Source: a virus (taxonomy: Duplodnaviria; Heunggongvirae; Uroviricota; Caudoviricetes). From it: a stretch of 34,628 nucleotides of DNA. Position 1 is the first letter of the stretch. The number at the start of each line of letters is the position of its first letter. The stretch covers positions 1-34,628 of the IMG/VR virus record IMGVR_UViG_2558860472_000005. One strand, given 5' to 3'. The position numbers and the translations under genes were made by a program. Below are positions 6,910 through 15,215 of the stretch, in pieces. The notes under the pieces are model-generated. The model was not told the origin of the DNA and did no database searches. It was given only the letters and a program-made list of their open reading frames with translations.

Positions 6910-7851
6910 ATGAGCACTAAATTAACCGGCTATGTATGGGATGGTTGCGCTGCATCAGGCATGAAGTTATCCAGCGTGGCAATTATGGCCCGCCTGGCTG
7001 ATTTCAGTAATGACGAAGGTGTGTGCTGGCCATCAATTGAAACCATTGCCCGTCAGATTGGCGCGGGGATGAGTACCGTCAGAACGGCTATCGCACGGCT
7101 GGAAGCAGAAGGCTGGTTAACGCGTAAGGCGCGTCGCCAGGGTAACCGCAATGCGTCGAATGTTTATCAGCTTAACGTTGCGAAGCTTCAGGCAGCGGCA
7201 TTTTCTCAACTGTCAGATTCTGACCCGTCAAAATCTGACGCATCAAAATCTGACCCGTCAAAATTTGATGCGTCGAAATCTGGCAAAAAAGCGGGTTTTC
7301 ACCCGTCAGAATCTGGCGGGGATCCGTCAGTAAAATCAAAACATGATCCGTCAGATAAAAAACCTTCTCGTCCGGACGCTTCGCAACCGGACACGCAGAC
7401 GGCTGAACAGGATTTTTTAACTCGCCATCCTGATGCGGTTGTATTCAGCCCTAAAAAGCGCCAGTGGGGAACGCAGGATGATTTGACCTGCGCACAGTGG
7501 CTCTGGAAAAAAATCATCGCCCTGTACGAGCAGGCCGCCGAATGTGACGGCGAGGTGGTTCGTCCCAAAGAACCGAACTGGACAGCCTGGGCAAACGAAA
7601 TTCGCCTGATGTGTGTGCAGGATGGTCGTAATCATAAACAAATCTGCGAGATGTACAGCCGCGTCAGTCGCGATCCGTTCTGGTGCCGTAACGTGCTCAG
7701 CCCGTCGAAGCTGCGGGAAAAATGGGATGAGCTTTCCCTGCGCTTATCGCCGTCCGTCAGCACGTACACCGAAAAACGCGAAGACCCGTACTTCAAATCC
7801 AGTTACGACAACGTGGACTACAGCCAGATCCCGGCAGGATTCAGGGGGTGA
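6910..7851 (+). CDS. Replication initiator, lambda O-like replisome organiser with an internal iteron array
   Basis: The N-terminal winged-helix-like region (SVAIMARLADFSNDEGVCWPSIETIARQIGAGMSTVRTAIARLEAEGWL) is followed by a low-complexity linker encoded by the DNA iterons. The gene follows the cro/cII block, as lambda O does. Confidence 0.65.
   Translation: MSTKLTGYVWDGCAASGMKLSSVAIMARLADFSNDEGVCWPSIETIARQIGAGMSTVRTAIARLEAEGWLTRKARRQGNRNASNVYQLNVAKLQAAAFSQLSDSDPSKSDASKSDPSKFDASKSGKKAGFHPSESGGDPSVKSKHDPSDKKPSRPDASQPDTQTAEQDFLTRHPDAVVFSPKKRQWGTQDDLTCAQWLWKKIIALYEQAAECDGEVVRPKEPNWTAWANEIRLMCVQDGRNHKQICEMYSRVSRDPFWCRNVLSPSKLREKWDELSLRLSPSVSTYTEKREDPYFKSSYDNVDYSQIPAGFRG
7213..7362. repeat. Iteron array (putative ori) inside the replication initiator gene
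   Basis: About seven direct repeats of a 15-bp unit: CCGTCAAAATCTGAC, GCATCAAAATCTGAC, CCGTCAAAATTTGAT, GCGTCGAAATCTGGC, CCGTCAGAATCTGGC and others. At protein level they give SDPSKSDASKSDPSKFDASKS. Lambda ori lies in O in the same way. Confidence 0.6.
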
Positions 7852-8342
7852 TCATGAGTCTGTTAAATGACGTTCAGAAATTCATTGAAGCCCATCCTGG
7901 GTGTACTTCCGGAGACATTGCGGATGCTTTTGCAGGTTACTCACGGCAGCGCGTTCTGCAGTCTGCAAGCAAGTTACGTCAGAGTGGGCGTGTGGCTCAC
8001 CGTTGTGAAGGAGATACACGCAGACATTTCCCGCGCCTGACTGAGAGAGCGCAGGAGCCGGAACCACAACCAGTTCGTGAAACCAGACCTGTGCGCAATT
8101 TCTATGTCGGCACTAACGATCCCCGGGTGATTTTGTGCCTGACCCGCCAGGCTGAAGAACTGGAGTCAAGGGGCTTATACCGTCGTGCTGCAACCGTGTG
8201 GATGGCGGCATTCCGTGAAAGCCACTCCCAGCCAGAACGAAACAATTTTCTGGCGCGTCGTGAGCAGTGCTTACAGAAAAGCAGCAAGCGCGCTGCATCG
8301 GGTGAAGAGTGGTATCTGTCAGGGAATTACGTGGGGGCGTAA
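7848..8342 (+). CDS. PerC-family-like transcriptional regulator (164 aa)
   Basis: The C-terminal motif AEELESRGLYRRAATVWMAAF matches the PerC-family signature GLWRRAAxxW (from memory). ATGA overlap with the upstream gene. Confidence 0.45.
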   Translation: MIMSLLNDVQKFIEAHPGCTSGDIADAFAGYSRQRVLQSASKLRQSGRVAHRCEGDTRRHFPRLTERAQEPEPQPVRETRPVRNFYVGTNDPRVILCLTRQAEELESRGLYRRAATVWMAAFRESHSQPERNNFLARREQCLQKSSKRAASGEEWYLSGNYVGA

Positions 8343-8668
8343 TGACGACGTTAACTCAATGCCAGCAGCAGGTGCTGGATATGCTGATTTCTTATCAGAA
8401 AGAGCGTGGCTTTCCGCCAACCAATCAGGAGGTGGCAACCATGGTGGGATACCGTTCGGTGAATGCAGCGGTGGAGCATCTTCGCGCACTGGAGAAAAAA
8501 GGCCTCATCACGATAAAGCGTGGCGTGGCACGGGGGATAACGCTTCATACCGCTGTGAAGGACGACGACAGCGAGGCGGTCGGGATTATCCGCGCACTGC
8601 TTGCCGGTGAGGAAAACGCCAGGCTGCGTGCAGCCCACTGGTTACATGAGAGGGGCCTGAAAGTATGA
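8342..8668 (+). CDS. LexA N-terminal DNA-binding-domain-like protein (108 aa)
   Basis: The winged-helix region (QQQVLDMLISYQKERGFPPTNQEVATMVGYRSVNAAVEHLRALEKKGLI) resembles the LexA DNA-binding domain. No S24 domain is present. The TAATG start overlaps the upstream stop. Confidence 0.45.
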   Translation: MTTLTQCQQQVLDMLISYQKERGFPPTNQEVATMVGYRSVNAAVEHLRALEKKGLITIKRGVARGITLHTAVKDDDSEAVGIIRALLAGEENARLRAAHWLHERGLKV

Positions 8669-9054
8669 AGCTGATTCTGCCTTTTCCGCCCAGCGTGAAC
8701 ACGTACTGGCGACACCCCAACAAAGGGGCGTTTGCTGGTAAGAGCCTGATAAGCGCGGCGGGGCGCAAATTCCAGAGCGCGGCGTGTGCAGCAATAGTTG
8801 AGCAGTTACGTCGTCTGCCAAAACCAACGTCGGCACCTGCTTCAGTGGAGATCGTGTTGTTTCCACCGGATAACCGGATCCGCGATCTGGACAACTATAA
8901 CAAGGCGCTGTTTGACGCCCTGACCCACGCGGGTGTGTGGGAGGACGACAGTCAGGTGAAAAGAATGCTGGTGGAGTGGGGGCCGGTTATCCCGGAAGGG
9001 AAGGTCGAGATCACTATCAGTAAGTACGAGAAAACGGCGGGTGCAGCCGCCTGA
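8665..9054 (+). CDS. rusA: RusA-family Holliday junction resolvase
   Basis: N-terminus MKLILPFPPSVNTYW and conserved D-x-D-N-x-x-K (RDLDNYNKALFDALT) are typical of RusA. Confidence 0.85.
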   Translation: MKLILPFPPSVNTYWRHPNKGAFAGKSLISAAGRKFQSAACAAIVEQLRRLPKPTSAPASVEIVLFPPDNRIRDLDNYNKALFDALTHAGVWEDDSQVKRMLVEWGPVIPEGKVEITISKYEKTAGAAA

Positions 9055-9073
9055 TTAAGAGGAGAAACGAAGT

Positions 9074-9871
9074 ATGAATAATCTGATGGTCATTGATGGT
9101 ATTGAAGTTCGTCGTGATGCTTATGGGCGTTACAGCCTGAACGATCTGCACAGGGCTGCCGGTTCTCAGGATAAGCATAAGCCTGCATTTTGGCTCCGCA
9201 ATGAGCAAACCGAACGTTTAATAAGCGAGTTGCAGATTTGCAACTCGGTCAATATAGAGCCAGTTAACGTTAGTCGTGGCGGAAATAACCAGGGGACGTA
9301 TGTCTGCAAAGAACTGGTGTATGCCTATGCAATGTGGATCAGCCCGTCATTCCATCTGAAGGTGATCCGTACTTTCGATATGGTAACCAGCGCACCGGAA
9401 AAATTATCCGGGCAGGCTGCTGACAAGATGCAGGCTGGTGTAATTCTGCTGGACTTTATGCGTCGGGAGTTAAACCTGTCTAACTCATCTGTGCTTGGTG
9501 CCTGTCAGAAACTCCAGGAGGCTGTTGGCTTACCGAATCTGGCACCGCGCTATGCCATTGATGCTCCTGCTGACGCGCCTGATGGCTCAAGTCGCCCCAC
9601 GCTGTCGCTGAGTGCACTGCTGAAACAGTATGGTATCCGCCTTACGGCTAATCAGGCATATCACCAGATGGTGAAGCTGGGGATCGTCGAGCAGCGCGAA
9701 CGATACAGCCGTACCTCGATTAACAACATCAAAAAATTCTGGTCGCTGACAGCGAAAGGCTGCATGTTCGGCAAGAACATCACCAGTCCCGCAAATCCGC
9801 GCGAGACGCAGCCGCATTTCTTCGAATCCCGATTCCCTGAGCTGTTAAAGCTGCTCGATACCGTTCATTGA
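9074..9871 (+). CDS. KilA-N domain protein (265 aa)
   Basis: The N-terminal 100 aa (IDGIEVRRDAYGRYSLNDLHRAAG ... GTYVCKELVYAYAMWISPSFHLKVIRTFD) match the KilA-N DNA-binding domain. The C-terminal half is unassigned. Confidence 0.65.
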   Translation: MNNLMVIDGIEVRRDAYGRYSLNDLHRAAGSQDKHKPAFWLRNEQTERLISELQICNSVNIEPVNVSRGGNNQGTYVCKELVYAYAMWISPSFHLKVIRTFDMVTSAPEKLSGQAADKMQAGVILLDFMRRELNLSNSSVLGACQKLQEAVGLPNLAPRYAIDAPADAPDGSSRPTLSLSALLKQYGIRLTANQAYHQMVKLGIVEQRERYSRTSINNIKKFWSLTAKGCMFGKNITSPANPRETQPHFFESRFPELLKLLDTVH

Positions 9872-9872
9872 G

Positions 9873-10868
9873 GTGACTGTGAGAGCACTACTGACCCCTG
9901 AAATTGCCCCGCGTATGGGGATCGTATTGTTCAGACCAGGTTCAGAGCTGATGCCCCTGTTTATGCAGGGGCGTGTCCTGCTGGAGCCTGAGCCGGAACG
10001 TTATTCATCTTTCGCCAGTGGTGCCGTTCCGGCGGCATCACAACCGCTGGCGGATGATCCTGCCGTTCGGGCCGTGTTCCGCAATGAGGCAGTGATCCGT
10101 CGTGCTGGTGGCGTGGAATGTCTTGAAAGCTGGTTACTTCGTGAAAAAAGCTGTCAGTGGCCTCATTCCGACTGGCATAGCGAGAACATGACAACAATGC
10201 GACACGCGCCGGGCGCAATCCGTCTGTGCTGGCACTGTGATAATCAGCTGCGCGATCAGTTCACGGAACGGCTGGAATCAATGGCAACGGATAACTGTGC
10301 CCGCTGGGTGTTGTCTGTTGTGCGTCGGGATCTCGGTTTTGATGATAGTCACGTTGTGACAATGCCGGAACTGTGCTGGTGGCTGATTCGTAATGATCTG
10401 GCGGATGCCTTACCGGAAAGTGCAGCCCGTAAGGCACTGAGATTACCGAAGCCTGTTGTGCCGTCTGTTACCCGGGAAAGTGACCTTGTGCCTTCGGTTC
10501 CTGCCACCAGCATCATCCAGGATAAAGCGAAAAAGGTGCTGGCGCTGAAAGTGGATCCGGAGTCGCCGGAGTCTTTTATGTTACGCCCTAAACGTCGCCG
10601 CTGGGTTAACGAAAAGTACACGCGCTGGGTTAAGACGCAGCCGTGTGCATGTTGTGGAAAGCCTGCTGATGATCCCCACCACCTGATAGGTCACGGTCAG
10701 GGTGGAATGGGTACAAAAGCGCATGACCTCTTTGTGTTGCCTTTGTGCAGAAAGCATCACGACGAGCTGCATGCGGATACTGTGGCATTTGAAGATAAAT
10801 ATGGCTCTCAACTGGAGCTGATATTTCGTTTTATCGATCGTGCGCTGGCAACTGGCGTGCTGGCCTGA
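9873..10868 (+). CDS. DUF968-like phage protein with a C-terminal Cys/His HNH-like motif
   Basis: The C-terminus [43 protein letters not shown] matches the conserved metal-binding module of DUF968 proteins in the nin region of lambdoid prophages (from memory). The start is uncertain: GTG at 9873 or 9879. Confidence 0.5.
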   Translation: MTVRALLTPEIAPRMGIVLFRPGSELMPLFMQGRVLLEPEPERYSSFASGAVPAASQPLADDPAVRAVFRNEAVIRRAGGVECLESWLLREKSCQWPHSDWHSENMTTMRHAPGAIRLCWHCDNQLRDQFTERLESMATDNCARWVLSVVRRDLGFDDSHVVTMPELCWWLIRNDLADALPESAARKALRLPKPVVPSVTRESDLVPSVPATSIIQDKAKKVLALKVDPESPESFMLRPKRRRWVNEKYTRWVKTQPCACCGKPADDPHHLIGHGQGGMGTKAHDLFVLPLCRKHHDELHADTVAFEDKYGSQLELIFRFIDRALATGVLA

Positions 10869-10885
10869 TTTTGTGGAGAAAGTTG

Positions 10886-11257
10886 ATGCGTGATATTCAA
10901 ATGGTTCTTGAACGTTGGGGTGCATGGGTGGCAAATAATCACGAGGATGTCACTTGGTCGTCTATTGCTGCAGGATTTAAAGGACTAATCCCTTCAAAAG
11001 TAAAATCCCGCCCGCAATGTTGTGACGATGACGCGATGATCATTTGTGGGTGTATGGCTCGCCTGAAAAAGAACAACAGCGATTTGCACGATTTATTAGT
11101 GGATTACTATGTAGGAGGTATGACATTTATGGCGCTTGCCCGTAAACATGGGCGTTCTGATTGCTGGGTTGGGCGTTTATTGCAAAAAGCGGAAGGAGTA
11201 GTTGATGGTATGTTGATAATGCTAGATATTGAATTGGAAATGGAACGTAAAATTTAG
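10886..11257 (+). CDS. Late-gene antiterminator Q (QuuD-type, PF06530-like)
   Basis: [14 protein letters not shown]...[32 protein letters not shown] closely matches my memory of the DLP12 QuuD antiterminator. GGAG lies upstream of the ATG at 10886. Confidence 0.7.
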   Translation: MRDIQMVLERWGAWVANNHEDVTWSSIAAGFKGLIPSKVKSRPQCCDDDAMIICGCMARLKKNNSDLHDLLVDYYVGGMTFMALARKHGRSDCWVGRLLQKAEGVVDGMLIMLDIELEMERKI

Positions 11258-11486
11258 TTATGTTATGAATAAATAAATGCTAATGATTTTTGTAAGATAG
11301 CTCATTTTATGTCCATAGGTGATGTATGCATTAATATGATTAATTTGTCTCCTTATAAAAATAAGATTATGTAAATAATAACAAAGGGTGACATTATTAA
11401 GTGTTGCTTTTTCTTAGTAAGTTGTTATCCTACTTAAGGTTGAATGATATTGTATCGAATAAAGTTGCTTATATAGAATTATTTTT

Positions 11487-12014
11487 ATGTTATGGCTTAT
11501 TGAGTTAGTTAATAGGATGATTGAATCAATGCTTTCAAATGTAATTTTAAGTGGAGCTATGTCCACGTTATTGGCTGCATTTCTAATTTTTGTGTTTAAG
11601 GAGTATATAAAAAGGCCACCTAATTTTTCAGGGGTGTTTGAGATCGAGTGTAAAACGCTAAAATCATCATATAATTCATATGTAAACCTAACTACATTCT
11701 ATACATTAGTGTTGATTTGTGATAATAACACTATAGAAGGACATATTGAAAAAATAAAAGATATCGAAAATGATGGGTATGAAAGAAAATATATTGGCGT
11801 GCATCGCAATATTGGCGATGTCAATGGTGTAATTAAAAGAAATTACTTAAGACCTAACCATGCTTCGTTGAATATAAAAATGCATGGTGATAAGAGGGAT
11901 TATACTATTATGCTATATTTTAAGAAGGTGAATACGAAAAATATGAAAGGAACTTTTTTATCTACTGCTGCAGATTCTTCTGGAGATGTTAAGTGGCAGC
12001 GAAAAAATTTTTAA
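11487..12014 (+). CDS. Hypothetical membrane-anchored protein (175 aa), first gene of a very AT-rich moron
   Basis: N-terminal TM helix (VILSGAMSTLLAAFLIFVF) followed by a soluble domain with no recognised motif. It overlaps the downstream GT51-like gene by 22 nt. GC is far below the backbone. Confidence 0.45.
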   Translation: MLWLIELVNRMIESMLSNVILSGAMSTLLAAFLIFVFKEYIKRPPNFSGVFEIECKTLKSSYNSYVNLTTFYTLVLICDNNTIEGHIEKIKDIENDGYERKYIGVHRNIGDVNGVIKRNYLRPNHASLNIKMHGDKRDYTIMLYFKKVNTKNMKGTFLSTAADSSGDVKWQRKNF

Positions 12015-12637
12015 TTTATTTACTGTCGTTGCCATATTTAATAATGGCTTCGATTATCATAAAGCTTAAAGTTAAAAGTATAATTGATGATTATGAGAAA
12101 TGTACTACTTATATTTACTGTAACTCGAAGAAATATAATAACATTTCTCCTGTTATGATTGATATATTAAGGTTAGCAGAGGATCATCGACAATTATTGC
12201 ATAGAGGGATTGACCCCATTGCAATCATTAGAACTTTTTATCTGAGGATATTTAAAAATATACACCAAGGAGCGAGCACTATAGAACAGCAGTTTGTGAG
12301 AACTATAACTAAAAGATACGAAAAAACAATACGTAGAAAGATAAGAGAGCAGATATTGGCTATATTGATTAGAAATGTATCAACTCCAGATGATATATGT
12401 AAGTGTTATCTTTCTTGTTGTTACTATGGCTATGGAACTTATGGGATAGATAATCTTTTAAAAAAGAAACAAAATATCAGTGATTTTGATATTGTTGCAA
12501 TGATTAAATATCCATTCAGGGGAGAAGTTGTTTCAGTTACAGAGGAACGATTTAAACATAGGTCGCTCTATCTTTCCACTTTATATAAATTAAATGCACA
12601 AAGGGATATGATTTTTTTGCGAAAATATAGTGGGTGA
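11993..12637 (+). CDS. GT51-family peptidoglycan glycosyltransferase homolog (MtgA/PBP transglycosylase-domain-like), membrane-anchored, 214 aa
   Basis: N-terminal TM helix, then the GT51 signature motifs in order. Motif I and II: AEDHRQLLHRGIDPIAIIRTFYLRIFKNIHQGASTIEQQFV, compared with EDxxFxxHxGxD ... GGSTITQQLVKN. Motif III: RKIREQILAILIRNVSTPDDICKCYLSCCYYGYGTYGIDN, compared with RKxxExxxAxxxExxxSKxxILExYLNxxYFGxGxYG. Distal motifs DIVAMIKYP and RSLYLSTLYK follow. Both catalytic Glu positions are present. GTG start with GGAG 7 nt upstream. Confidence 0.6.
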   Translation: MAAKKFLIYLLSLPYLIMASIIIKLKVKSIIDDYEKCTTYIYCNSKKYNNISPVMIDILRLAEDHRQLLHRGIDPIAIIRTFYLRIFKNIHQGASTIEQQFVRTITKRYEKTIRRKIREQILAILIRNVSTPDDICKCYLSCCYYGYGTYGIDNLLKKKQNISDFDIVAMIKYPFRGEVVSVTEERFKHRSLYLSTLYKLNAQRDMIFLRKYSG

Positions 12638-12659
12638 TTATGTTAAGTGTATTTTATTA

Positions 12660-12700
12660 TGTGTCAAAAAGTTTAGTCATCTCTGCTTAATGTATAATCG
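12660..12700 (+). promoter_or_regulatory. Candidate late promoter (pR-prime-like)
   Basis: TGTATAAT at 12692-12699 (TATAAT 12694-12699 with an adjacent TG). It lies about 170 nt upstream of a strong intrinsic terminator, comparable to the lambda pR-prime/6S/tR-prime layout. Confidence 0.3.
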
Positions 12701-12834
12701 TGAATGTTTTTATTCAGATTTTATGCATGTCAAGTTGATGAGTGCCGTCGACATAAGATATGGGGATAATGAATAGTTTACAATCGTAAATAATAGAATA
12801 TCCTGTTAAAAGTGGTTACTTCTCCACGCAGCTT

Positions 12835-12866
12835 AAACCCGCCGTCGAGCGGGTTTTGTCGTTTCT
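12835..12866 (+). terminator. Intrinsic terminator (tR-prime-like) upstream of the lysis cassette
   Basis: Stem AAACCCGC with loop CGTCGA and partner GCGGGTTT, followed by TGTCGTTTCT. Confidence 0.6.
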
Positions 12867-13008
12867 GGGTCTGGGGATTCCTTGGTCCTAGCCTATCCCG
12901 CAGTTATCCATTAACTCGGCTTCTTTGACGTTTCCGCTTCTGATTTGCGGTACATGATGTTTCCTCAATTTGCACCTGCTGTATCAGCGAGGTGAGAGAT
13001 AACTACAA

Positions 13009-13335
13009 ATGCCTCATAACCCAAATACCTGGCTGGAGTTGGTCCAGAGCTGGTGGCGTGGAGACACACCGCTGGGCGCAGTGATTATGTCGATCGTTAT
13101 GGCTGGTTTACGTATTGCCTATTTTGGCGGCGGTGGCGGATGGAAACGAAAAACACTCGAAATTTTGCTCTGTGGCGCTCTGACGCTGACATTTGCATCC
13201 GCTCTTGAGTATGTCGGATGGCCTAAATCACTTTCTGTTGCCATTGGTGGTGGTGTTGGGCTGATCGGTGTCGATGCTATTCGTGGGGCAGCAATGCGAG
13301 TAATCGGTAACAAATTTGGTAGCTCGAAGGAGTAA
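13009..13335 (+). CDS. Holin, lambda S-family (class I)
   Basis: The 108-aa protein has three hydrophobic segments and a charged C-terminus. It aligns by eye with lambda S (IGAILAFAMAYLRGRYNGG ... versus LGAVIMSIVMAGLRIAYFGGGG...). Confidence 0.8.
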   Translation: MPHNPNTWLELVQSWWRGDTPLGAVIMSIVMAGLRIAYFGGGGGWKRKTLEILLCGALTLTFASALEYVGWPKSLSVAIGGGVGLIGVDAIRGAAMRVIGNKFGSSKE

Positions 13336-13338
13336 TTT

Positions 13339-13815
13339 ATGCAGGCACTAAATTCCCAGCGTAAAGCTTTCCTTGATATGGTGGCATGGTCAGAAGGAAC
13401 GGATAACGGGCGACAACCGACACGTAACCACGGTTATGACGTTATTGTTGGTGGTGAACTGTTTACTGATTACTCCGATCATCCTCGCAAACTTGTCACG
13501 CTAAACCCCAAACTCAAATCAACAGCCGCCGGACGTTACCAGCTTCTTTCACGTTGGTGGGATGCTTACCGTAAACAGCTTGGTTTGAAAGACTTCTCCC
13601 CCAAAAGCCAGGACGCTGTGGCATTGCAGCAGATTAAAGAACGTGGCGCTTTACCGATGATTGATCGTGGTGATATTCGTCAGGCTATCGACCGTTGCAG
13701 CAATATCTGGGCTTCGTTGCCGGGCGCTGGTTACGGTCAGTATGAACATAAAATTGGTGACCTGATTGCCAGGTTTAAAGAGGTTGGCGGGGTGGTAAAT
13801 GAAGTTGAGCTATAA
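13339..13815 (+). CDS. Endolysin, lambda R-type lytic transglycosylase
   Basis: Near-identical to my memory of lambda R across the catalytic core (NSQRKAFLDMVAWSEGTDNGRQPTRNHGYDVIVGGELFTDYSDHPRKLVTLNPKLKSTAAGRYQLLSRWWDAYRKQLGLKDF...). Confidence 0.9.
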   Translation: MQALNSQRKAFLDMVAWSEGTDNGRQPTRNHGYDVIVGGELFTDYSDHPRKLVTLNPKLKSTAAGRYQLLSRWWDAYRKQLGLKDFSPKSQDAVALQQIKERGALPMIDRGDIRQAIDRCSNIWASLPGAGYGQYEHKIGDLIARFKEVGGVVNEVEL

Positions 13816-14260
13816 GCTAGTTATCGCTGCTTTCTTCGTTACTATTATTGGTTCTTTCATCTGGTCAGCGAATCATTACCACAATCAAGCCATTGAATAC
13901 AAAAAGCAGCGCGACGAAAACGCTATGGCATTACATTCGGCTATGGCGACGATCTCTGATATGCAGAAGCGTCAACGTGACGTAGCTGAACTTGACGCCA
14001 GATACACAAAGGAGCTTGCTGATGCTAACACGACTCTCGAAAGTCTCCGTACTGATGTCTCTGCTGGTCGTAAGCGCTTGCAATTCGCCGCCACCTGTGC
14101 AAAGTCAACGACCGGAGCCAGCGGCATGGGCTATGGAGAAAGTCCAAGACTTACAGCTGATGCTGAACTCAATTATTACCGCCTCCGAAGTGGGATCGAC
14201 AAGATAACTGCACAGGTTAACTACTTGCAGGAGTACATCAAGACACAGTGCCAGAAATGA
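13799..14260 (+). CDS. Spanin inner-membrane subunit Rz
   Basis: N-terminal TM helix and coiled-coil periplasmic domain. It aligns with lambda Rz (DMQKRQRDVAELDARYTKELADA...). It overlaps the endolysin stop. Confidence 0.85.
   Translation: MKLSYKLVIAAFFVTIIGSFIWSANHYHNQAIEYKKQRDENAMALHSAMATISDMQKRQRDVAELDARYTKELADANTTLESLRTDVSAGRKRLQFAATCAKSTTGASGMGYGESPRLTADAELNYYRLRSGIDKITAQVNYLQEYIKTQCQK
14022..14207 (+). CDS. Spanin outer-membrane lipoprotein Rz1 (embedded in the +1 frame of Rz)
   Basis: The signal peptide with lipobox LVVSAC is followed by the proline-rich segment NSPPPVQSQRPEPAAW. GGAG lies 7 nt upstream of the ATG at 14022. The ORF track starts at an upstream TTG. Confidence 0.7.
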   Translation: MLTRLSKVSVLMSLLVVSACNSPPPVQSQRPEPAAWAMEKVQDLQLMLNSIITASEVGSTR

Positions 14261-14332
14261 ATCTATAGATGACACTCCACGTTCGTATAAGATAATGCTA
14301 AATTACTATTAGCTTAATCACAGGAGACGGAC

Positions 14333-15196
14333 ATGGAAAGAGGTGTGGTATTTAGTGCATGCGAATTACTTAAAACCGAGGATGGAAAAGGCATCCGTAC
14401 AGGTAAATGGATTAGTCAATTAGAAATAAACTATCTATGTCTTTATTGGGATAAACTAGTTTCACCCACTAATAATATTATACATACAGCATTAAATAAC
14501 GAGGATGAATTAGAAAAATGTGGATTGCTAACCAGACCGGTATATAGACATCATGGTTGTTTTGATGGCCAATATATGGCGGATTTTTATGCTGAAACTC
14601 ATGCCAAAACAATAGATATACTTAGGCATGCGGATTCTTCTGTCGATTGGCGCATGCATTTTTTAAGTGACCAAATAAACTTGGTGCCTGAATTATCTAG
14701 AACCTCAGAAGTGATACGTTTTGAGCTAGCAAATTTATTACCCGTTCCCACAGAAGATGTGCACCTACATGATATTCTTGATTTCAAGGAAAGAAGAAAA
14801 CCTGAATTAATCGCTTTACATGAATATCTTGATGAGCTTTACTTGGAAATAAAACGTTCTGGTGATATCAATCTTCAGAAAGCAAAAGCTCTTTCTAATC
14901 TTAAACAAGCAATAAAGGATATCGAACGCTTAAATTGTGAAGTGTGGAAAAGTCCAATAAAATTTAGCATCTCTACTTCTTTTGAGTTCGATTTTTCACA
15001 AATATTTAGTCTGGCGGGAACTGTTTTATCTATGTCAGTAGATTATCCTTATAATGTTATTGGAGGGGTAAGTAGTTTGGCTTGTTTTTTGGGAGGATGC
15101 ATAAAAATAAAGCCGCAATTTCAACAAGTGTTATCATTAGGTAATGATAAATTAGTTTACATAAGCAAAGGAAAATCGGAGGGTATTATTTCCTGA
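14333..15196 (+). CDS. Hypothetical 287-aa protein, an AT-rich moron between the lysis cassette and the packaging genes
   Basis: Clean ORF with AGGAG 7 nt upstream. GC is well below the backbone. No recognised domain. It occupies the classic post-Rz moron slot (bor/lom position in lambda). Confidence 0.5.
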   Translation: MERGVVFSACELLKTEDGKGIRTGKWISQLEINYLCLYWDKLVSPTNNIIHTALNNEDELEKCGLLTRPVYRHHGCFDGQYMADFYAETHAKTIDILRHADSSVDWRMHFLSDQINLVPELSRTSEVIRFELANLLPVPTEDVHLHDILDFKERRKPELIALHEYLDELYLEIKRSGDINLQKAKALSNLKQAIKDIERLNCEVWKSPIKFSISTSFEFDFSQIFSLAGTVLSMSVDYPYNVIGGVSSLACFLGGCIKIKPQFQQVLSLGNDKLVYISKGKSEGIIS

Positions 15197-15215
15197 TTTT
15201 TGATTCTCATAATCA

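Noticed and set aside
7151-7333. ORF encoding the repetitive LTRQNLTHQNLTRQNL peptide
   Set aside because: It is an alternative frame reading through the iteron repeats inside the O-like gene. The repetition comes from the DNA repeats.
7209-7362. Possible CRISPR array, given short direct repeats with spacers
   Set aside because: The repeats are 15 bp, imperfect, contiguous and lie within a coding gene. They have iteron character and no spacer structure. No cas genes are present.
13119-13313. Minus-strand ORF inside the holin gene
   Set aside because: It is an artifact of the Gly-rich codons (GGTGGCGG) of the holin, translated as a poly-Pro antisense frame.
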